A stretch of 64,000 bases of DNA from Chrysomallon squamiferum. Taxonomy: Eukaryota; Animalia; Mollusca. Below are positions 10,526 through 39,032 of this stretch, in pieces. Position 1 is the stretch's first letter, and each line of letters opens with the position of its first letter. The translations under genes and the position numbers were made by a program. The stretch lies in the NCBI GenBank assembly GCA_012295275.1, contig CM022673.1:27838001-27902000 (forward strand), in the 5' to 3' direction. The notes under the pieces are model-generated. The model saw nothing but the letters and a program-made list of their open reading frames with translations, was not told where the DNA came from and did no database searches.

Positions 10526-13354
10526 CTGAAAATATAATCAATTTCAAATTAATTCCATCTGGGACATGTTTATTTTCAGTGCTTTTGGAAGAAATAAAGA
10601 TTATTTATTTCTTGATAAATTTATTGATAATTATTTATCTAAAAGAATGATGCTACTAAAACATAACTGATATGATATATATATATATTGTTTTAGTTAG
10701 TTTATATAACTGCTGTTTAAATCGCACATAAGTTGAACTAAATACTATTTCTGTAGATACTTAAAATTATGAAATTTAATTTTCTTATCTTATTTAGGTT
10801 ATTTTTTTCTCATTTTGTTATATTACTGAAGGTGTTTTTTAAATTTAATTATTTATTTTGATTTTTGATTTTTCTTCTTTAAATGTAAGAAAACTGAAAA
10901 CAAATAAATCACAGAAAACAAGAAAATAAACTTAAAATAAAACAATTATTTCAAGCCATTATACTTCATTTTGTTGTTTTTCATTATCAACAAACATATA
11001 AGAATCTAAATATAAAATTTCTATTTAATTTAAACCCATTCACCCAATATAAACTAACCAAAAAAATGGTAATAAAAAAAGAAAAGAAAAAACAGACAAC
11101 TTAAATTTTAGACTAATTATTTGAACAATTTGTTATAGGAAATAATTAGTTTTCCTTAAATATATTTTTTGTCATCAACTTATTTTTCTTTTAAATTGTA
11201 TATAAATGTTTACATTTATTCAAACATTCCTTTCTGTCACTTTCAATTTTGTATTTATTTATTTATTTATTTTTTGCAACAAATTCTTTTCAGTGAGTTT
11301 TCTTGTAAAATTTTATTGCATATTTTTAATCCCTTATTGCAATTGTATATGGTGAACAGGCAGGACCAAATAAAAGGTACAAGCCCTGATGTTAAAAAGT
11401 AACTACTGCAGAATCATTTTTCTTCTGCACTGTGATAATTTTGGACTATTTTTCTGAAGTTGTAACGTCATCATTCATTTATCTTTCTTTGTTTCTTACT
11501 GATTTCATACTACATATTACTTTAATTACTCATATTTCTTTCAAAATTTTCTTTACGTTCTTCTGTCATACGGCAAGAACTTTTATAATCCTAATTATCG
11601 CTTAGAAAGTACGTGTTACAGTCAGGTCCGTAAATTAAGACAAACGAGTTCTCATTTCAGTAATATCAAAGAGTTAAATATTAAGGTAATAAACCTAAAG
11701 CTGATAAAGTATAACCAAAATGAAGATAAATGCACACACTACATATATAAAGTAATGGTTATTGTCTGGTGTCTATGTCTACGTTGAACAGAAGCAATTA
11801 CTTCAGCTAATTTCAAATAAAAATGATTGTAATTTATTACTCTTTGAAATAAATTTAAATCCAGATCAAATCCTAATTTGTTGCTTTGTTTACAATGAAC
11901 ACCTGCAGGTATAGTTTGTAATGGTTTCTTTTTAAAAGCCTGGAAAATCAAGAGGAAGTCGCTGAGAGGCTTGGCAACGGTAACAATTTTCTGGAGCCAA
12001 ATCCTTTCCACTCTTACGTAATCCTTTTTCACTACTTCTGTCTGCATTGATGTAACCTTGCAATATTTAAGTGTTTAAAATTTATAAAAGCTAAAAATGA
12101 TAATCTCATGGAGTAGTAGATGTTTGATATTTGTCTCTATGTGAAATGTGTTTACACAAACACACTGCAGCCTTTCCTCCTGCCCTACTCAAGTCATGTA
12201 TTTATAAACTAATTTTCAGTTTCTTGTGTGATATCAACTACATAATGTTTCGATGATTTCCATAATAATTGAAACCTAAGTTTCAAGTTTACTACTAAAT
12301 GTTCTGTGGTATTTTTATTTACATATTTCTTTATTTATTCATTTATTTATTTATTCTTATTTTTGTAAAATTAAAATTAAAATTACACCACCGACAATAA
12401 AATAATAATAAAAATATTTTTTTTAAAAACCCACAAAACTATCAACAACAAAAATAATAATATTTATGAACATAAATAAAATTTTCTATCGAAGTAAGCC
12501 ACTAGTGTACTAAGACTGTCATTTCTAGACTAAACCGTCCACGAATCCAATTTAAACATTTAGTTGGAGACGATTACTCTTTTTCTCTGTGTGCGCGTAT
12601 GTGTGTCTGTGTATATATATATATATATGTGTGTGTGTGACTGCGTGTGTCTGTATGTATGTGTATATGTGCGTATGTGTTTGTGTGTGTGTGTGTGTGT
12701 GTCTGTTTCTATCTGTGTTTCTATCTGTGTATATCTCTGTCTACATATATGTGTTCGTGTCTGTGTGCGTGTTTGTCTGTGTGCGTGTTTGCGTGTGTGT
12801 ATGTGTGTGTAGTAAAATGTTAATGGACAGAGATTCATTTATGGAGAAAAACAAAATTACGATTTTTCTATTTGATAAAAATATCCACTAACGATGTTGA
12901 CGATAAAATATTCACTGTATAAATACTCCCTGGCGATGGTATGATTTAGCTAAGTGCAATCGGAACACAGGGCTCATATAAGGAAAGAAAAGAAAGAAAT
13001 GCGTCAATAAGATATTACTTCAGGAAACTGATAATAAGAAGCACACAGGCAAGGGTCAAAGGGGAAATTCTGAGCTGGGACTGTCGTGTCACTCATTATC
13101 ACACTGAGAATTCTTCCTGGCTCCAGCTGTCAGATTTTTGTTATCTTCAACTTATGTATTCTCAAAAATGATCAGTGCACCCGTCGATAAATTTGCGCCA
13201 ATCGCAGCGTTGTCAGCGACTCCGATGTAGTCCTGCATTACCCGATATAACCACTTCACACATACACTGAACTGTAAACCGATTTAGTCATATGAGCTGT
13301 TAGTTAAAACGAAAAAGCCTATAACGTGAACAGTTTGTCTAAAGACTGTTGATG

Positions 13355-23380
<10,026 letters not shown>

Positions 23381-24374
23381 ACATCCAGCTTACGTCTGTC
23401 TTATTATTACATCAGGTTTTAAGTAAAAACCCACTTACGTCTGTGACAGTTTTTCAGTAAAAAATACTAAAAGTAAAAAAAGGTGATTGTCTTTTTGTTT
23501 TTAAAAATTTACGTCTGAACATATTAATTTATTGGGTTTAATGATTTAAACACCCAAGTCTGTCTTATACAATAAGTAAACACCCAACGTCTGTCTTACC
23601 AATGAATCTTACGTCTGTCTTACTAATCTAATGAAACAAACGTCTGTCTTACTACAATTATCACGTCTGTTTATGATTGTCTGTTTTGTTTTAAGAAAAT
23701 AATGACAGTTTTTCACAAAAAGTATGATTGTTTTGTTTTTTAAATTTGCTGAACATAGTAAGTGCAGCTGTGGTGTATATATCTTTGTAATGAATAATAC
23801 AATAACAACATTAACATTTATAATAATAATAATGCAATTATAACTGAAAGACGTGAAAATGAAGCTAAATGCAAATATCTGACGATTTTTTAATTATTTT
23901 ATTTTTTAAATACACCATAATTTTATTTTAATGAAACATTAATTAAGCATATATTTCATTATACATTATGTATTGTTCAAACACAAAGTATATGATGTTA
24001 ATATTGAAATAAACTATGTTAGTCAATATAAAGTAAAACTTCAAATTTTAAAGTGAATCTTTTCACCCAGGTATATGTACACTAGTTTTAAAGTGCACTT
24101 TTATGAAGAATATATATATATATACATACATGCACAAAGATGGTATATGACATAAACCTTTGCTAATTATAGAGTATGACAATAAAATAATGTAGATCAT
24201 ATCATAAATATATCTTCAACATTATGAAAAAACAAACAAAACGATAACTAGATAGTTATAGCATAATTATATTAATAAAGGCAAACGAACAAAAAGTAAA
24301 TTATTGCAATATTTGCTGCTTCTATCAATCTTCCAGGATTTTTTTATTTCTATTCCAATAAATTAAATATTACA

Positions 24375-24429
<55 letters not shown>

Positions 24430-24598
24430 CGCGTGATGACATGCTTTAAATACACATTATACATGAAGTACGGTATCCAACAAAAACTTGAAAGTGCACA
24501 GTATATGTTTATTTGTGCAGTATGTTTAAACCACCAAAGGCACATAAACCAAATAAAATCACAGGTCACTGTATTCTTTTACTAAAAGTCATTTGTAA

Positions 24599-28038
<3,440 letters not shown>

Positions 28039-28152
28039 TTTCAATGACCTACAAACCTAACCACGATAACTGAACTAAATCTTATTCTTTAAAGTTCCCA
28101 CCAAAATGAATGTCAAAAATGGGTTAGACCCATTTTCAATTGTCGTTAAACG

Positions 28153-28210
<58 letters not shown>

Positions 28211-28416
28211 TAACATCAACTATTTTCTGTGTCATTACATATGTTTCTACCAATATATTTTTTCCAAATGTAATATGGTTAATATATTTTACGACAAACA
28301 CTTCAAGGGAAAATTTAGTTTATTAAAAACCCACAAGAAATGGTGCGTTAGCATCTCTTTATTTTAGAGACGGAAATTGATGATAAAATAATGTAAAAAT
28401 ACCTATAATTACGAAT
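28039..28416. promoter_or_regulatory. Putative bidirectional promoter between UBE2T and VHL
   Basis: Divergent start codons only 378 bp apart. Contains an (ATT)n tract and a CGGAAAT ETS-like core near 28371. Confidence 0.7.
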
Positions 28417-29112
28417 ATGCATTCAAATTTAAAATCGATAAACTGTGATACACAAGTAAGTGTAATTTTCAAAAACGATACGCAACGCAAAATCGACATT
28501 TACTGGATAGGTTATGACGAGAGGTACGTTCGTTATGCTCGTAATTTGGCACCAGGTTGTATCTTCAAAGTGTCAACATTTGAGACGCATCCTTGGATTG
28601 CAAGAGATACCAAAACGGGAGCTGTGATTTGCTTTAACAAACGTCAGAATGTCTTCATTCCTGAAGCTAACGAACATGGTTTCCCAGTGATAGTAACATT
28701 AAATATACCAGGTGATTATTGTTATTATTACTGTTACGTTTACTTTGTTAATCTGAACATTACTTAGCCTATTTCTTTTCAGTTTAAATGCATATATAAA
28801 ATTGTTGTTGTTGTTAAATTTGATTATGTTAACGTATCATTATCTGAATATTATTCAAGTATTTTGAGTCTAAATCTAGTAAATGCTTGTATAAAATTAT
28901 TACTGATTTAATGCAAGTAAAGATATTATTTTTTTTTTTTCAAATATACACATTTTTGTTTTTCAGTGTACTCACTAAAAGAAATTTGTGTTCAAATTCT
29001 CTGTTACATGCCCATTTCTGATGTTAATAATCTCGAACTGCCAGAGGAACTGAAAGAAAAGTTAAAAGAAAAACGTTCACTGAACTGTGACAAGGAGTAT
29101 ACACCTCGCTGA
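28417..29112 (+). CDS. VHL: von Hippel-Lindau protein homolog (CRL2 substrate receptor), ~146 aa
   Basis: Exons 28417-28711 and 28967-29112. Beta domain LKSINCDTQVSVIFKNDTQRKIDIYWIGY...RY...STFETHPWIARD; alpha domain with BC-box PVYSLKEICVQIL and LELPEELKEKL. Confidence 0.92.
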
Positions 29113-29124
29113 ATTGAAGCACCA

Positions 29125-29128
<4 letters not shown>

Positions 29129-29210
<82 letters not shown>
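29129..29210. repeat. (GA)n microsatellite just after the VHL stop codon
   Basis: Seen directly. Confidence 0.97.
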
Positions 29211-29212
<2 letters not shown>

Positions 29213-32200
29213 ACTGTTTAATAGAGATTTAGATGAACAAGAAAACAGAAAAGAAAATAAGCACAGCAACTTAATGACTATATGTCTGATAGTGTCTATA
29301 AACTGATGATATTTTAAATGAATAAGAAAAAGCAAAAAAAAAGCACAAGTCAAAGAATAATTTAATGAGCTTTGTGCTAGAATCGGAAATACTCAAATCA
29401 TGAGCACCAATTCCAAGGAAACTAAAAATTCTTTTTGGACAAAATTTTAGTAAACTCTATCACAGAATTTTTTTGGATTGTATACTATTTTGGATATCAT
29501 CAAATTAACAATTTTGTCCTCATAAGAAGATTATGCAAGTTATTCTGGAGCCTAATCCAAACTGGAAATCTTTATACAACTTCTTTGAAAATGGATGTCT
29601 AATTCACAATAATATTGGTGATGCAAATCATGGCAGATGTTTTTGTTTTGGTCATTAGCATGTTTTTTCAGGGGTTTAAACATACATTAAACCACTTAAA
29701 AATGCCAATATAATAACTAGCATCATGGCATTATGAATGTAAGCAAAACTGAAATGGAGGAAAATGTATGAAAATCTGAAAGAAAAGAGTTACATCTGGT
29801 CTGAAGCATACTGTGATGGTTAGAACAAATTATCTATATGCTTTTGTTTTATTATTTCATGTCATTTTTTTTAAAAATTGATAAATATATCAGATATGAC
29901 AATGAAGTTCCCTTAAAAGCTGCCATTAACTCTTTTGTGACAGTATTTCATAGAAATATGGAAAAAAAAAAATCATTTATAGATACCTATGTATTTATTT
30001 CTTATTATTTTTCTATACATAATCACAAAAAAATAAACAATCTTCAGATATGTTTTTGTATTTGTTTAATATTTTGTTGTTAACATTTGTTATAACAAGT
30101 TGTGTTTAAATAAACATAGAATGTTAAAAAAAACTACACCAAAATGTATTCAATTTTTATATCTCCATAAGCAATTAAAATGACAAGTTTGTGTATGAAT
30201 ATTAATAAAAGTATGCTAATTTCTAAAACAAAAGGAATACAACACAGTGAAAGTAGTATATTAATAGTTGTATTTTCATTTGTATCTAAAAAAACAAAAT
30301 TCAAATAATCAGTGACACAGAATGTGTGACAGTTCACACAAATATACATTAAAACCAAAGGAGAATCAAAACAAAAACCATACTGTAAATGGCAGCATCA
30401 TTTAAAAGGTTTTAACTGTACAAGATTTATTTTATTTCCATCTTTAGTTAAATTACAAATGTTATTATTTGATAAGAAAAAATGTACATGAATTTTAAAA
30501 GTATTAAAAATTATACCAAAGTTTTTTCATTCTATTTATTATTATTATTTTTTTTAATTTTCTGAAGTTACATTAAGGACTGACCGTATGACCTATAAAT
30601 CCTCATAACGTCACATCAGCCATCTAGAACAGTAATGGTTAAATGTGCATGTTGTGATGCCAGTTAAATGGTACAAATCTCATAAACGTGTGTGTATACA
30701 TATATACATAGATATTAAATATGCCTACTGTAATGCCATTTATACTGTACAGATCTCATAAATGTGTGTATGTCTATACATATATACATACAAATTAAAT
30801 TTGATTGCATAATGTATCACTTAATCTGAGCATAACTTAGCTCTTTTGGATTTAAATGCATCTAGTTATTATTCATTTAATGCAGTTAAAGATATCTATT
30901 ATAATAATAAAAAAATTGTTTTAAAATGAGCTGCCTGTATGTTTCAAACACACACACACACAGTGAAACTAGTTTTAGCTTTCTAGCACAAACTATATAT
31001 ATGAAATAAGGTATCATTTTCATTAAACCTGTTTTGAATACTTAATAAAAACATTCAGATACTTGTAAATGATTTTTCTATTTTGTCAATACCAAGCTTT
31101 CCTAATAATAAAATATAAGCATGCAAAGCTTTTAGATTTCCTTTTTTTATATGCATTTATATTAAAACTGAACAGCAAATAAATATGTGATCTCTGTTGT
31201 TTTATTTATTCTTTATTTATTATTTAAATACAACAGTTACATAAAAAAGCCTCTGAATTTTTATACGGGTTGCCATTTTACCATTTCTCAAACATACATT
31301 AATTATATATTGGAATTTCTTGACACAGCAGTATAAACAAATCTACTTTGTTTCTCAGTTTATTCTTTTAATTCCCGATCATTTTCTGTAAAACTTAGAT
31401 GCATGACTGATAAATATGTTCATTGAATTATTTACTCATGATTTTTTTTTTTTTTACCACCATTATCAAATTTATAAAATATTCAAAATATATTATTTCT
31501 TTGTTTACATAACAGAAAACATCTTAAAATCTTCCTTCATGACTATCTCATTAAAACAAAGTTTTAAAATCTGCAAATGCATTTTTATTCGATCTTTAAA
31601 AAATGAGGCTAAGAGCAAAATTTTGTTGAAATACAATGAAAAAAAAAATACTTGAGGCAGAAACAAAAGTTATGCCAGGATCGTCACTGAGAGGCTTTTT
31701 TTCAGTAAGATGAAATCTTTAACAATATTTATCATTTAATAACAGATAAACAAATACAAAACAGATCTGTTTGTGTAAAAACTAGAATAGAAATATAACT
31801 TCTCTACAATAACACCATTTAAAGCACTTTTGTATAAAACTAAGAAAACATGAGTTGTAAAAGTAATATTTCAGTGAACTAGTGAACACAAGATATTAAA
31901 AAACAATCATCATTGCACATTTTATCAACAAGTCAGTTACATTCTGTAAAACAACATTAACAATTCTTATCAATACTGTAATTAAACTAACAAGTACTGT
32001 TAACATAAAAACACTGTTGCAGCCTTATGTTCATTAGCAGATTAAGAAGATAACTATTACCTTAACAGTCAGATGGTTAATATTTCTTCATTTACAACAG
32101 TATAAAATAAAACCAGAAAACATTTTGAAACCTGACACTAATAGATGTTGTGCTGTACTATATGTGACACTTATGAAAAGCTGTCATTTTGATCTTTCAA

Positions 32201-32874
32201 AATCCGATATCCCTCAGATTTATCAGATTTGCACAAAGCTTTTGAACTTCTTAACAGCAGCTGAAAATTTCAATTAATTAACTCAATTTCTTAAATGAAC
32301 AGAAAGCCACAACGTACGTACAAATACATGGACACACTAGTATGCAAGTAAAAGGAGTCAACTAAAAACACAGCTATGAGATAAATTAAACAATTAATTG
32401 TACAATGTAGCTCGCTGGAAACCTGATTGTGATATTTCACTGCATCTTTAAATATTTCAATCACTACTGTATCTTACACAAAATTCATTTACCTTTAACT
32501 AAATTTCCTCTTTTTGGTGAAAATAATTTTGTTCACCCTCAGACGAAAGCTTTCCCAATTTACGAAAACACATTTTTATCTTTTATCAACAACATTAACA
32601 TTAATTAACGTATTAATTAACAACAAATCTACAACTACTGTAGACAACAAAACATAAATAAATGAATGAAGATACTTGCATTTCCTTCTTTAAGATATGA
32701 AAAGTTAATAATGGATTTGGAAAAAGTTTTTGGAGACATTTGTTATTTGACTGTCATGTTTTATTTGAGCTCTGCCGATTGCCAAGTGATAGCCAACAAT
32801 ATATTCTGGCAGTGGAGTAAGTAATGCAATATGTGGAGAGGTGAGTAAAAACGATGATAGACAGAAAACTAGTG

Positions 32875-33839
32875 CTAGGACGAAGGAATGTCCAGTCTGA
32901 AGAGGTCAAAGTCCACTTCTTGTCGGATTACACCAGTGAGAACAAATTCAGGATTGTAGACAGCTGAGGAAGAAAGTGAAAAAAGAATTAAAAAAGTGAA
33001 AAAAGAATTTAAAAAAAAAAAAAAAAAGGAATAATAAATGTTGTTTAATATGTAAAAAGTATCTGAGTAACATTTATTTTAGGTAACATAGTGATGTAAC
33101 ATTATAATTATATCAACTATAAACAATTTGTAGAATATGTATTTCACTATAAGATATTAAGTAGTAGAATGTAAATATCTATTCAGTTTGATCTTTTCTA
33201 ATTATTTTAAATGATCTTTGTGAAATATGTAGGTAAACTGGTATTTCATATCATTTTAAAATATTAGTATAACAGTTTAAATATTTTATACTAAAATTGA
33301 TTTTTTTTTTCCTTTTTGATTTCCATTAAATTTAATGTTTTATACTCATTTTAAAAGAATATTGAATTTAAAATGTTCAGGTAAATACTCACCTATTTTT
33401 TTTGCTATCAAATCCCTGCACAAAAACCTGTCTTTCAGACAGGTTATTACCACAAACGTTGGATGACCCTGAAAATGTATATTAATGATTAAAATCCTAA
33501 ATAAATCAAATGCTATGTAACTATGACCAAGTGAAGTTATTTCATTATTGATGACAGATCACCAATTAAATAATTTACTGAATTTAATACTGAAAGATTC
33601 CACATTTCTCTGTTCATTTACCTATCAAGTTCAATTTATGATTGGGTACATGTTACGTTATTGCTGAATTAAGTTAAGTTTGCTAATCAAACGATAAATT
33701 TTCCATAAAAACATTCAGTGAAAACAAATTGACAAATGAATCCTACTGGTTTACAGGTATTGCTGTAAAAATGTTATACCACCCAAAGATTGTAATCATT
33801 AATTTAAAAAAATACATATTTTTCTATTCATTTACCAAA

Positions 33840-33929
<90 letters not shown>

Positions 33930-36900
33930 TAACAATAACAATAACAATAACAACAACAGCAATAATAATAATAATAATAAAATATAATATTTTAATAATG
34001 GTGGTCACAGTAAGAAAATCTGCCATCCAAAATTTTAAATTTTCCAAAAATTATTCTCAAAGAAAGTTTCACTAATATAGACTTTCAAATCAGTGAGAAG
34101 AAAACATGGTATACACTTCACCTTCTCATCTACTTGTTCCGCTATAGTCTTTGCTGAAGGTCTACGTTGGACCATTTCACCTCCTGCAGTTTCTACAATA
34201 TTTTTTATATCCACAACTGGAGGAACAACACTGGGAGTCACGTAAAATGTCAGACCCTGAAATGATGAACAAGAAATTTACAGTACATTTTTTAAATTTT
34301 TATTTTGTTATTAAAATAAATTTACAGTCATTAAGAATAAATAGTCTAGTATAATGTCACACCCAAACACACACATTATATATATATCTTTGTTACAGAT
34401 TATAACAATATTGTAACAAGACCACAAGTATGAACAGAGGTTTGCATTTTTATTATTTTACTTGTGACATTATTTCATACAGAGAATTGCAAATATTTCT
34501 TGACCAAAAATATATGGCTTAATGAAAATTCAGTAAGATAAATATGAATGTTAAATACAAATGGCTGAAACAGAAAATGGTGTCATCAAAATATAAAAAA
34601 GTGACTGATTTTCAGTCCTCCATTGTTTTAGGATCAAATAGCGAGACAGAGGTAAATACACAGAGACTCTTTATCCATTTGTTAACCTTGTACTGACCTT
34701 GAACAGTGGCTTTGATCTTGCTTTTCGAACTGATTCTGCCAACCTGCAGCCCAATTCAGTTTCACCTTTCTCATCATTAAGAAAATATTTTTCTTCATCT
34801 AAAACGGAAAAAAATAAAAATAAAAATATAACATACGTTTAATCTCAGAGTGCATTGTAATGTCTAAAAACGAACAGCCCTAAATACAGTAATTTTAATA
34901 ACAATAAACTAATTATTTTCTTCACCTAGAAACCTGTGCTGCAGAAGGCTTTCTTCCAGCCAAGTCTTTGTGAGGATATACTTGCACACGTTGATTGCAA
35001 TGAAAAACTTCAGCGTTCGTGATATGACCTGCGTCACTAGGTGAGTGCATTCTTTAGGATTGGTAACAACAACACCACCCAAATCTTCTACAATCTGAAA
35101 AACAGAAATACACAGCTGGGTTATCTGTTCCACAAGTCACACAATTATAATACTTTTACAAGTCTGTAAAAAGGTAGCATTCAACAGTATTATTTTATTG
35201 TCATATTTTACTATAGGTTTTGTAGTATAAAATAAAATAAAAATTAAGAAAGATAAAGAATTATATTAAACCATTAATTCAAGTAGCCACAGGCATACTT
35301 TAAAGTTCAAATATGTGTAGTTCAGAAAATGTCAGACAATGCACTTATGACATCCCTAGATTCAATTATGAATACTGTATAAATTGTTTAGTACATAATA
35401 AACTTCTTAATTACAGTTTATAATTAATGCACTGTTTAATATCTTACCGATGAAAGTTTCTTGCTTACAGAACACGAGAATCCTGTAAACAAAACTCTGG
35501 GTTTTGAACCATCATCACCTGCACTGTTAAGTCTAAAATTTAAACAAATTAAATTTAAAAAAAATTAATGTTAAAATGTATTGATATATTTGTGCATTTC
35601 TCACTGTATAAAAAACATATGCTTTGAAATTATTTATATAAAACTGTATGGCAATGTAATAAAGCAAACTTTTATTCAAGTGACTAATAAATACCCAGAG
35701 AAAGATTATAAAATGATGTTATCATCAGTTTCACGTGTAATTAAATCTACAATAATTACAACAATAACCTAAAAGATAAAATTAATTTTGTTAAATTTCA
35801 AATGTTCATTAATTCTTTTTATTTTAGTTTAATTTTTTTGTTTTTCACTACTATATATGCTAATTTATCTACTTTAATTTAAGTGCACACATTTGAAACA
35901 TGTTTGAAAAACAACATCTTCACCAAAACTTTTATTAATGTAAAAAAAATAAAAATAAAAATAAAATTATAACAACTTCAGTGTTTTATAATAAAAAGTT
36001 CAATTGTGAGGACATTCATGACAGTTCATGTAAACGTACCTCATCCTCTTAGCACTGGAGTCTTCCTTGCCACTTTCTGAAAGTGAACGTTTCTGTGAAC
36101 CATTTTCTTTGTCTGGTTCTGTAACTGGCTTTGGACGAGGGATAAACCGCTTAAAAAACAAAACACCAAATGTAAATCCAATATTAAAACACAAAACTTT
36201 TATAAATAAAACTGAAAAACAAAACTTTTTACTTTTTAAAAAAAAAAAAAAAAAAATTAAATAAATAAATAACAACAAACAAACGTTGGTTAACTTCATT
36301 TATATTTCAATATGAAAATAACTAATTTTATGTTACTGGCTAAATAAACAGGATCATTAAAACATATATATATATATATATATATTTTTTATTATTATTA
36401 TTTGTTCTTTTATAATAATCATTTCAATAATAATAAAACAAAAGACAGTTTAATAATTTTTACCTTCCATGCGTCTTTAGAAATTTTTAATGGGTTTTTC
36501 CAGCCAACTGAAACAGAACAAAACACACATATTTATTTAAGTGGAAGATAGTAAAGCTGTCAGTTACAAAAAAACAAGACTTCATGATTATCAAAGATTA
36601 ATTTCTCAAAAAAAAAAAAAAAAAATTTAAATTCTGGTTCCAGAAAGAAGTAAATAAAAATTTGATTCCAGAAACCAGTAAAAAAAATAATATAAAATTA
36701 ATTTGTAAGTAAACAAAATGTATTTATTGCCGTCAGTTCAAACCAATGTACTGTAACAGAAAGCTGTTAAAACTACCCACCCATGAGATGAGGAACTCGA
36801 GACAGATCCAGGAGAAAGTCCCTGCCCTGGCTGTGTTGTAGGTATCGGGTGTGGATGGGCAACCTGAGGGCATCGAGGTGTCCAACAACGAGATCGGACA

Positions 36901-37068
36901 ACCAGGACACGTTCACAACAGGAATTCGCCATTCCTTGGCCTTCGAATACTTAGCACCTTCAGGTCTGGAAACAAACCAAAATACAGTGAAAACAGTAAC
37001 AAGACAGGTCTGTATGGGGATGTACTCTGTGTGTGTATGTGTGTACATATGTATGTAGGGATGTACTC

Positions 37069-37101
<33 letters not shown>

Positions 37102-39000
37102 CTGTGTGTGTGTGTGCACATGTATCTTTGACTTTACACTCTATTTATAAGCTGCAAAGGTTTATTTACTTCTTAGCAATGAGGACAGAGGTTGTGTGAG
37201 TCATATATCCCGTGTACTTGGCACCCAAAGCATTTATCATCTGTTTGATTCTCTTCCTTTCTTCACCATCAAAATTTGTTATGGACATAACCTGGAAAAT
37301 ACAAATTTAACAAATTATCCAAAAATATCTTTTCATATGCCATAAACAACTACTTATTTTATATACCATCTTCCACTGTTACATTTCAGTATAACTACAA
37401 TAATTAGAATCTCTTCATTTTTCAGATCAAAGATAAAGTGTTTATCTAGCAGCAGTACATGTAATAATCAATGATTAACTGTAAAGATTTTTCATGGAGC
37501 AAGTCTACAATAGCAGCACCTTTCGTGATCAGATTTCGTCAAAGAATTAAAACAAAAAAAGCAGAGAAAAGGAACATAAATTTTTTTTTTAATTTCTACC
37601 TGTTTACTGCAAGGTTTCTGATCCCAGAACAACAGAGGCAGATGAAGAGCCTGCCATGGTGGAATCATCTTTTTCTCAAGAAGGACGTCGTTGAGCCAGA
37701 ATGCGGTTACTAAACGTCTCTGATCTTTCAGAGCCTGCAAGTGTCGTAATAAATAAAACTTAAAGTTTCTTTATATGAATTTTATCCCTAGGTTGTATAA
37801 GTATCTTTTTTAAAAATTGGAAGTAATGATACTTTTAATGGTAAAAATTGTAATGAAGAAGACAGAATACAAGGGTATTAACAAGAATTCTTAAGAACAA
37901 GATAAGTTAAAAAAAATAATAATAATATTTTCATTACAAATAAGTCATACTGTATATTAGATTTACTGCATGAATACTATTAAAATAGGAGATGAAGATG
38001 TGTGGATTTTGAGAGAACCAGATATCATATCAATATTATATAGTAATATTTATGTATATACTACACAGTTTATCAGCTGTTTATTTATGCTGGGAACAGG
38101 TTCAAACTCACAACAACAAAGACATCACTTTGCTGGTTTGCACAGAGAACATGCGTCACTCTGCTAGAATAGGAAACATCCATCTGGCCACCATGTTGCT
38201 CAATAACCTAAAAATAAAATTAATTTTGTAAATTTCCAATACTCATTTATCTAAATTTTTTCCTTTCTTTTTTTTTTTCCTTTTTCGCTAATGAATATGC
38301 TAATCTTTGAAATGCATATTTAAGAAAAAAGTATCTTCAACAATACTTTTATTAAAGTAAAAAAAAATTTAAATAAAATAACCTGCCAATTGAGAGTGAT
38401 AAAAAAATCTTAGATAAGAAGAAACAAATATTTTTATTTTATTTTTAAACATTATGAATAAAAACAGATTAAAAATGAGCAAAGTTAATGGAAATTCTTG
38501 AACAGTAATACATTAGATTAACATTTTATATAATAATTTTTATTTTACTTATTTATTTTATTTGCTCTAGTTAACAATAAGGTATACAAACATTATTAAT
38601 TCATTTCTAATTGCATTCCACAACTGATTCAGAAAGTTGCACTTCTGTGACTAAACATGTGAAACTGATATATATATATATTTTTTTTTTTTCCTAACTG
38701 ATGTTGCCTAATTGATATAATTGTGTTTATAACAGTGAATAAACTATTGAATAAACTACACAGACACAATTTAAAATATCTCACAAGTTTCCAGGTGTCT
38801 ATCTCCTCCTGCCCAAGAATCTTCTGATAATCAGTAACAAAGAACACACAGCCAAGCAGACACATGTCAGGTGGAACTGAGGTAAAGATAGAGTATACAT
38901 ATATTAATACACGTTATTCATTCTTTTATCATACATACCAGTAATACACAATATTACATATCTACCTATCTATCTATATCTATAAAACACCATTATTACT

Positions 39001-39032
<32 letters not shown>

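Noticed and set aside
23390-23675. Repeat-spacer pattern resembling a CRISPR array
   Set aside because: Repeats are only ~12 nt, spacing is irregular, spacers derive from local 3' UTR sequence, the context is eukaryotic and there are no cas genes.
30650-30800. Short imperfect local duplications (also ~37010-37075 and ~40058-40182)
   Set aside because: Ordinary slippage duplications in UTR or intron sequence with no sign of function.
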